A DNA stretch of 64,000 nt from Vitrella brassicaformis CCMP3155 (taxonomy: Eukaryota; Protista; Chromerida), in NCBI GenBank assembly GCA_001179505.1, contig CDMY01000378.1:30403-94402 (forward strand), given 5' to 3'. The notes beneath the pieces were generated by a model, which worked only from the letters and a program-made list of their open reading frames with translations, had not been told where the DNA came from and searched no databases. Shown here piece after piece: positions 60,501 to 64,000 of the stretch; position 1 is the stretch's first letter; each line of letters begins with the position of its first letter. Made by a program: the position numbers and the translations under genes.

Positions 60501-63500
60501 TCGACCACATGATGGAGGAGAATCCCAAATGGTTTGGTGGAATGCTCGATCGCGTGCGGCGCATGGTGGATGACGGCAAGATCAAAGCCATCCCCTTGCA
60601 TGTGTTCAACCTCCTCAGCAGCGACACGAAGGTCGGAGGCATCGCTGCATTTCGCTTCATGCAGCGTGCCCAGCACATCGGCAAAGTCATCATCCAGATC
60701 CCCTCGGCGTTGCGGTCTCCCTTCCTCGAGCCACATGTCGCTGCCACAACCAACAAGTCTGATGGTGTCTATCTCATCACTGGAGGGCTCGGTGGCCTCG
60801 GGCTGCTCGTGGCGAACTGGCTGGTCGATGAGGGTGCCAAACACATTGCCCTGGTGTCACGAAGGGGCCAGCCGACCGACGAGACGAAGAGCTCGGCTCT
60901 GTGGAAGAGGCTTACTGCCCCCGCTCCTCAAGGCAAGACATCAGCGACGGTGCGGTGCTTCGCCTGTGACGTGTCGAGCAAGCAGGAGTGCGAGAGGCTG
61001 CTAGGGGACGTAGAGAGTGTCTTCTCGGACAAGCACCCGCTGCTCGGTATCTTGCATGCAGCTGGTGTGCTGGATGATTCGGTGATGAGCAAGCAGACAA
61101 AGGAGAGCATCACCAAAGTCTATTTGCCAAAGGTAAAGAGTGGATGAAGAGGGAACATACGAGGATATTGATAGTTGGATACGCTTGTTGTGTCTTGTCG
61201 TCTGCTAGGTGCAAGGAGCTATGAATCTGCACGATCTCACTATCGCGCGCCACATGGAGCTGGACTATTTTGTGATGTACTCGTCCGTCGCATCTCTGTT
61301 TGGCAACTTCGGCCAGTCCAACTACTCGGCGGCCAACTCGTGTCTGGACGCCTTGACTGAGTACCGCCGCTCCAAGAAGCTCGCCGCCCAAAGCATCCAG
61401 TGGGGACCATGGACAGAACAGGGCATGGCGGCAGACCTCACACAATATTTGGACAAGGTCGGCATGCGCGGCATCACCAACGAGCTCGGCCTTCGGGTGC
61501 TCGGCGATGTCATGCGCAACAATTCCCTCACGTCGACGGTACGGACCGTCGGGTGCCAGGCCCTCGTGTGGCGCAAGTTCCTCGACCGGTACAACCGCGT
61601 GCCTAACTTCTTCAGCCGCATCGAGGTGGGCGGCAGCGGCATCGCCGGCGCATCAGCTCATCTTAAGGGCATGTCACCCGAGAAGCGCCGCGAGTTCATC
61701 TCCAAGACCGTCATTGACGCCTGCGCCAACGTGTTGGGTACCAACGAGCCTCCCCCCGTGGACCAGCCCCTGCAGGCCCTCGGCGTCGACTCACTGGGTG
61801 CTGTGGAGTTCCGCAACATGCTGTCCACCAAGCTGGGCGTCAAGCTGCCAGCGACAACCATGTTCGACTACCCCACTCTGTCGGCCATCATTGACTTCAT
61901 CGAGAGGGAGCTGTCGGGATCGGACAGTGAGACCGCCGACGAGACTCAGCTGGCCATGCAGAACCTGCCGCTGTCGGCTGACGCCAACCTGACGAATCTG
62001 GCGGTCATGGGGATGTCCTGCCGGCTGCCGGGCAACAGCAACACGCCTGTGGAGTTCTGGGAGATGCTCATGGATAAGACGGACTGCATGGTCGACACGC
62101 CGCTGACCCGGTGGGACTACATCGAGTTCTACTCGGCCGACCCTGACGAGGGCGGCAAGACCTACTCGACGCAGGGCGGGTTCATCAGCAACGGCGACCT
62201 CTTCGACCACAACTTCTTCACCATCAAGCCCATGGAGGTGTGGAGCATGGACCCCCAGCAGCGCCTCATCGCCGAGGTCGCTTACGAGGCCGTCTACTCG
62301 GCCAACGTCCGCAAGGACCAGCTCATGGGCAAGGCATACGGATGCTTCATCGGGTGCTGCAATGGAGATTGGAACTTCGTCGATCTCGACCAGAAGACAC
62401 AGGGGCTCGACTCATACAAGAGCAGCAGCTACTCGGGCACTGGAGGAGCCATGAGCCTCATGTCAAACAGAATCTCATACGTCTTCGGCCTCAGGGGTCC
62501 GTCCATGACCATCGACACCGCGTGCTCGTCCTCACTCGTCGCCATGGACGCCGCCGTCAAGAACACGCGTCTCGGCCTCTGCAAGGGCGCCATTGTGGGC
62601 GGTGTGAATCTGATGATGTCGCCCCACCTCTTCGTTGCATTCTCCAAGGCACGCATGCTTTCACCCGACTGTCGATGCAAGACCTTCGACGCCAAGGCCA
62701 ACGGCTATGTGAGGGGCGAGGGTGCTGGCGCGGCATTCCTACTGGCCACAAGTCAGCTGACTGAGAACGACCGGCCGCTGGCCACGGTCCTCGGCTCGTC
62801 AGTCAACCATGACGGGACAAGCGCCAGCCTGACGGCCCCCAATGGGCCAGCCCAGCAGGAGGTCCTTCGCGGCGCTCTCGCCATGGCCGGCCTCAAGTCG
62901 TCTGCGGTGTCGTACATCGAGGCACACGGAACTGGCACTTCTCTCGGGGACCCCATCGAGTTCGGTGCTCTCAAGGCTGTGTTCGGTCCGGGCCGCAGCG
63001 ACAACAATCCTCTTGTGCTGGGTGCACTCAAGACCAACATCGGCCACCTGGAGGGATCGGCTGGCATCTCCGGCTTCATCAAGCTTGTGATGACACTGAT
63101 CCATGGCAAGGCCGCGCCCAACCTGCACTTCACGGAGCTCAACCCCCACATTGACAGCGAGGGCTTCCCGTTCCAGTACGAGACAGCGGCGGTCGACTTC
63201 GCCGGCCGCACCGGCCAGAAGCAGATGGTCGGCGGCGTCAGCTCGTTCGGCTTCGGTGGTGCCAACGCACACATTCTGGTGGAGGCAAGCACGTCGACTC
63301 TGCCTGTGCTCGAGAGTATGCACGCCAAGAAGCCCGAATGGAAGCACCGTCGTTTCCCGTGGGTGCCCGTGCAGCACCCTGTCCTGGGCCAGAAGAGCAC
63401 CGAGGCACACGGCGGTGTGCTATGCCGCTACCCCCTCCGACGTGATGTCAAGAAGCTGTTCCTTGACCACGTCGTGTCCAACCAGTGCCTGATGCCCGGA

Positions 63501-64000
63501 GCGGGCTTTGTCGACATGCTGGCGAGCCTGGCCGCCTCCCCCGAGCACCCCGCACGCATGTGGAGTGGCACTGTTGTGTTGCTGGAGGATGTAGCTATCG
63601 AGCAGCCCATGTTCATCGGTGAGCAGGCCATTCAGGTGACGGGTCGCCTCGAGCCCGGTGGCTCGGCGGAGATCTGCAGCCGTCTCATCGAGGGCGATCA
63701 ACCACAAGGCGACGAGAGCTCCCATGCGTCAGCTCGTGTCAGGGTGGCCGGCCAGCCTATGAATGCCAATGGCGAGACCCTCGAGACGCTCAGCAACCGC
63801 TGCTCCCTCGAGCTGTCGACGCGGGCATTCTACCGCGAGCTCAGTGGCCTCGGTCTCAACTACGGCACACGGTTCAGGACTGTATCTGAGCTCTACAGTG
63901 GCCACAACGAGGTGCTGGCGAAACTCTCCCTGGCTGACAGAGAGGGGTATGAGGACGGCTTCCTCACCCATCCCGCCATCCTCGACGGTGCCTTCCAGTC
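42905..64000 (+). CDS. Giant modular type I PKS/FAS: FAAL-ACP-[KS-AT0-DH-ER-KR-ACP]-[KS-AT-DH-ER-KR..gap..]-[..DH-ER-KR-ACP]-[KS-DH..]; truncated by the window end
   Basis: Domain motifs read from ORFs 42893-44017, 44496-50387, 50417-53392, 53446-57742, 58043-61132, plus an unlisted open frame 61209-64000. Introns start at 43899, 44182, 44443, 44716, 45364, 50363, 53389 and 61133. Confidence 0.97.
45750..45985 (+). other. Loading ACP
   Basis: LHELGVDSIGAVEF (Ser at 45858-45860) ... LVFNYPT. Confidence 0.92.
46045..52450 (+). other. Module 1: KS, degenerate AT, DH, ER, KR, ACP
   Basis: KS DTACSSS / ETHGTGT / KTNMGH; AT GQGLGE; DH HVVNGTPIMP and LDGALQ; ER HAASGGVG; KR GGLGALG, HAAGLIDD, NYSAAN; ACP LGIDSLG. 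Confidence 0.92.
52530..57742 (+). other. Module 2: KS, active malonyl-type AT, DH, ER, start of KR
   Basis: KS DTACSSS / ESHGTGT / KTNIGH; AT GHSLGE (54241) and VSHAFHS; DH HVVTGVAVMP and LDGALQ; ER HAASGGVG; KR YVITGGLGGLG cut by the gap. Confidence 0.92.
56719..57173 (+). repeat. Direct repeat of 59813-60267 (ER domain, offset 3094 bp)
   Basis: 455 bp with one mismatch seen (GGT vs GGA, Gly). The antisense ORFs 56680-57141 and 59765-60235 in the track are also near-identical. Confidence 0.95.
57743..58042. other. Assembly gap (300 N) inside the PKS
   Basis: Run of N. The PKS reading frame differs on the two sides, so the gap size is nominal. Confidence 0.99.
58043..58626 (+). repeat. Direct repeat of 63417-64000 (DH domain, offset 5374 bp)
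   Basis: Manual alignment: 584 bp with one mismatch (58549 g vs 63923 a, synonymous Lys). The match is bounded by the gap and the window end, so it may be longer. Confidence 0.97.
58718..58776 (+). repeat. In-frame 12-bp tandem repeat (GCCAACAGCCGC)x4 plus a partial copy, encoding ANSR x4-ANSP
   Basis: Read directly, within DH of module 3. Confidence 0.95.
61995..64000 (+). other. Module 4 (partial): KS followed directly by DH, no AT
   Basis: KS DTACSSS / EAHGTGT / KTNIGH ending SFGFGGANAHILVE, then about 18 aa, then WKHRRFPW..HPVLG and DH HVVSNQCLMP. Confidence 0.92.

Larger units (their letters stand above)
58043..61900 (+). other. Module 3 (partial): DH, ER, KR, ACP
   Basis: DH HVVSNQCLMP and LDGAFQ; ER HAASGGVG; KR TGGLGGLG, HAAGVLDD, NYSAAN; ACP LGVDSLG. 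Confidence 0.92.

Noticed and set aside
45308-63971. Many long antisense and alternate-frame ORFs over the PKS (e.g. 53836-55017, 49062-50012, 58667-59614)
   Set aside because: Shadow ORFs expected from strong GC3 bias; no recognisable motifs; they duplicate wherever the PKS repeats.
1-64000. tRNA, rRNA, snoRNA or transposase/RT signatures
   Set aside because: No cloverleaf with a T-loop, rRNA-like segment, terminal repeats or RT/integrase motifs were recognised by eye; a covariance-model search would be needed to exclude small ncRNAs.

Overview
Intron-rich eukaryotic genomic DNA: GC-rich exons and short introns full of (TG)n, (CAGA)n and (CCAT)n microsatellites. Sequence style and gene content best fit a chromerid alveolate such as Vitrella brassicaformis (inference, not database-confirmed). 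I reconstruct about 17 spliced genes, nearly all alternating in strand. 1-42.6 kb holds: a membrane hypothetical, an ankyrin protein, a GT8 glycosyltransferase, a PhyH dioxygenase, PepD dipeptidase, an OGFr-domain protein head-to-head with a PARP-like ADP-ribosyltransferase, a kinesin-2 motor, two GH13 amylase modules that appear spliced into one protein, an RNASEK-like protein, a coiled-coil protein, an Unkempt-like CCCH protein, and a glutaminyl cyclase-cystinosin fusion. From 42,905 to the window end lies a giant FAAL-initiated, fully reducing modular type I PKS/FAS. Module 1 has a dead AT (GQGLG), module 2 has the only intact AT (GHSLG/HAFH), and the last visible module has a clean AT deletion. 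Near-identical DH and ER segments recur between modules, and a 300-N gap interrupts the gene. An 8-mer (TGCGAGCT/AGCTCGCA) recurs in the divergent promoters. No rRNA, tRNA, CRISPR or mobile element is supported. Exon boundaries were read by eye; gene ends are approximate unless stated.
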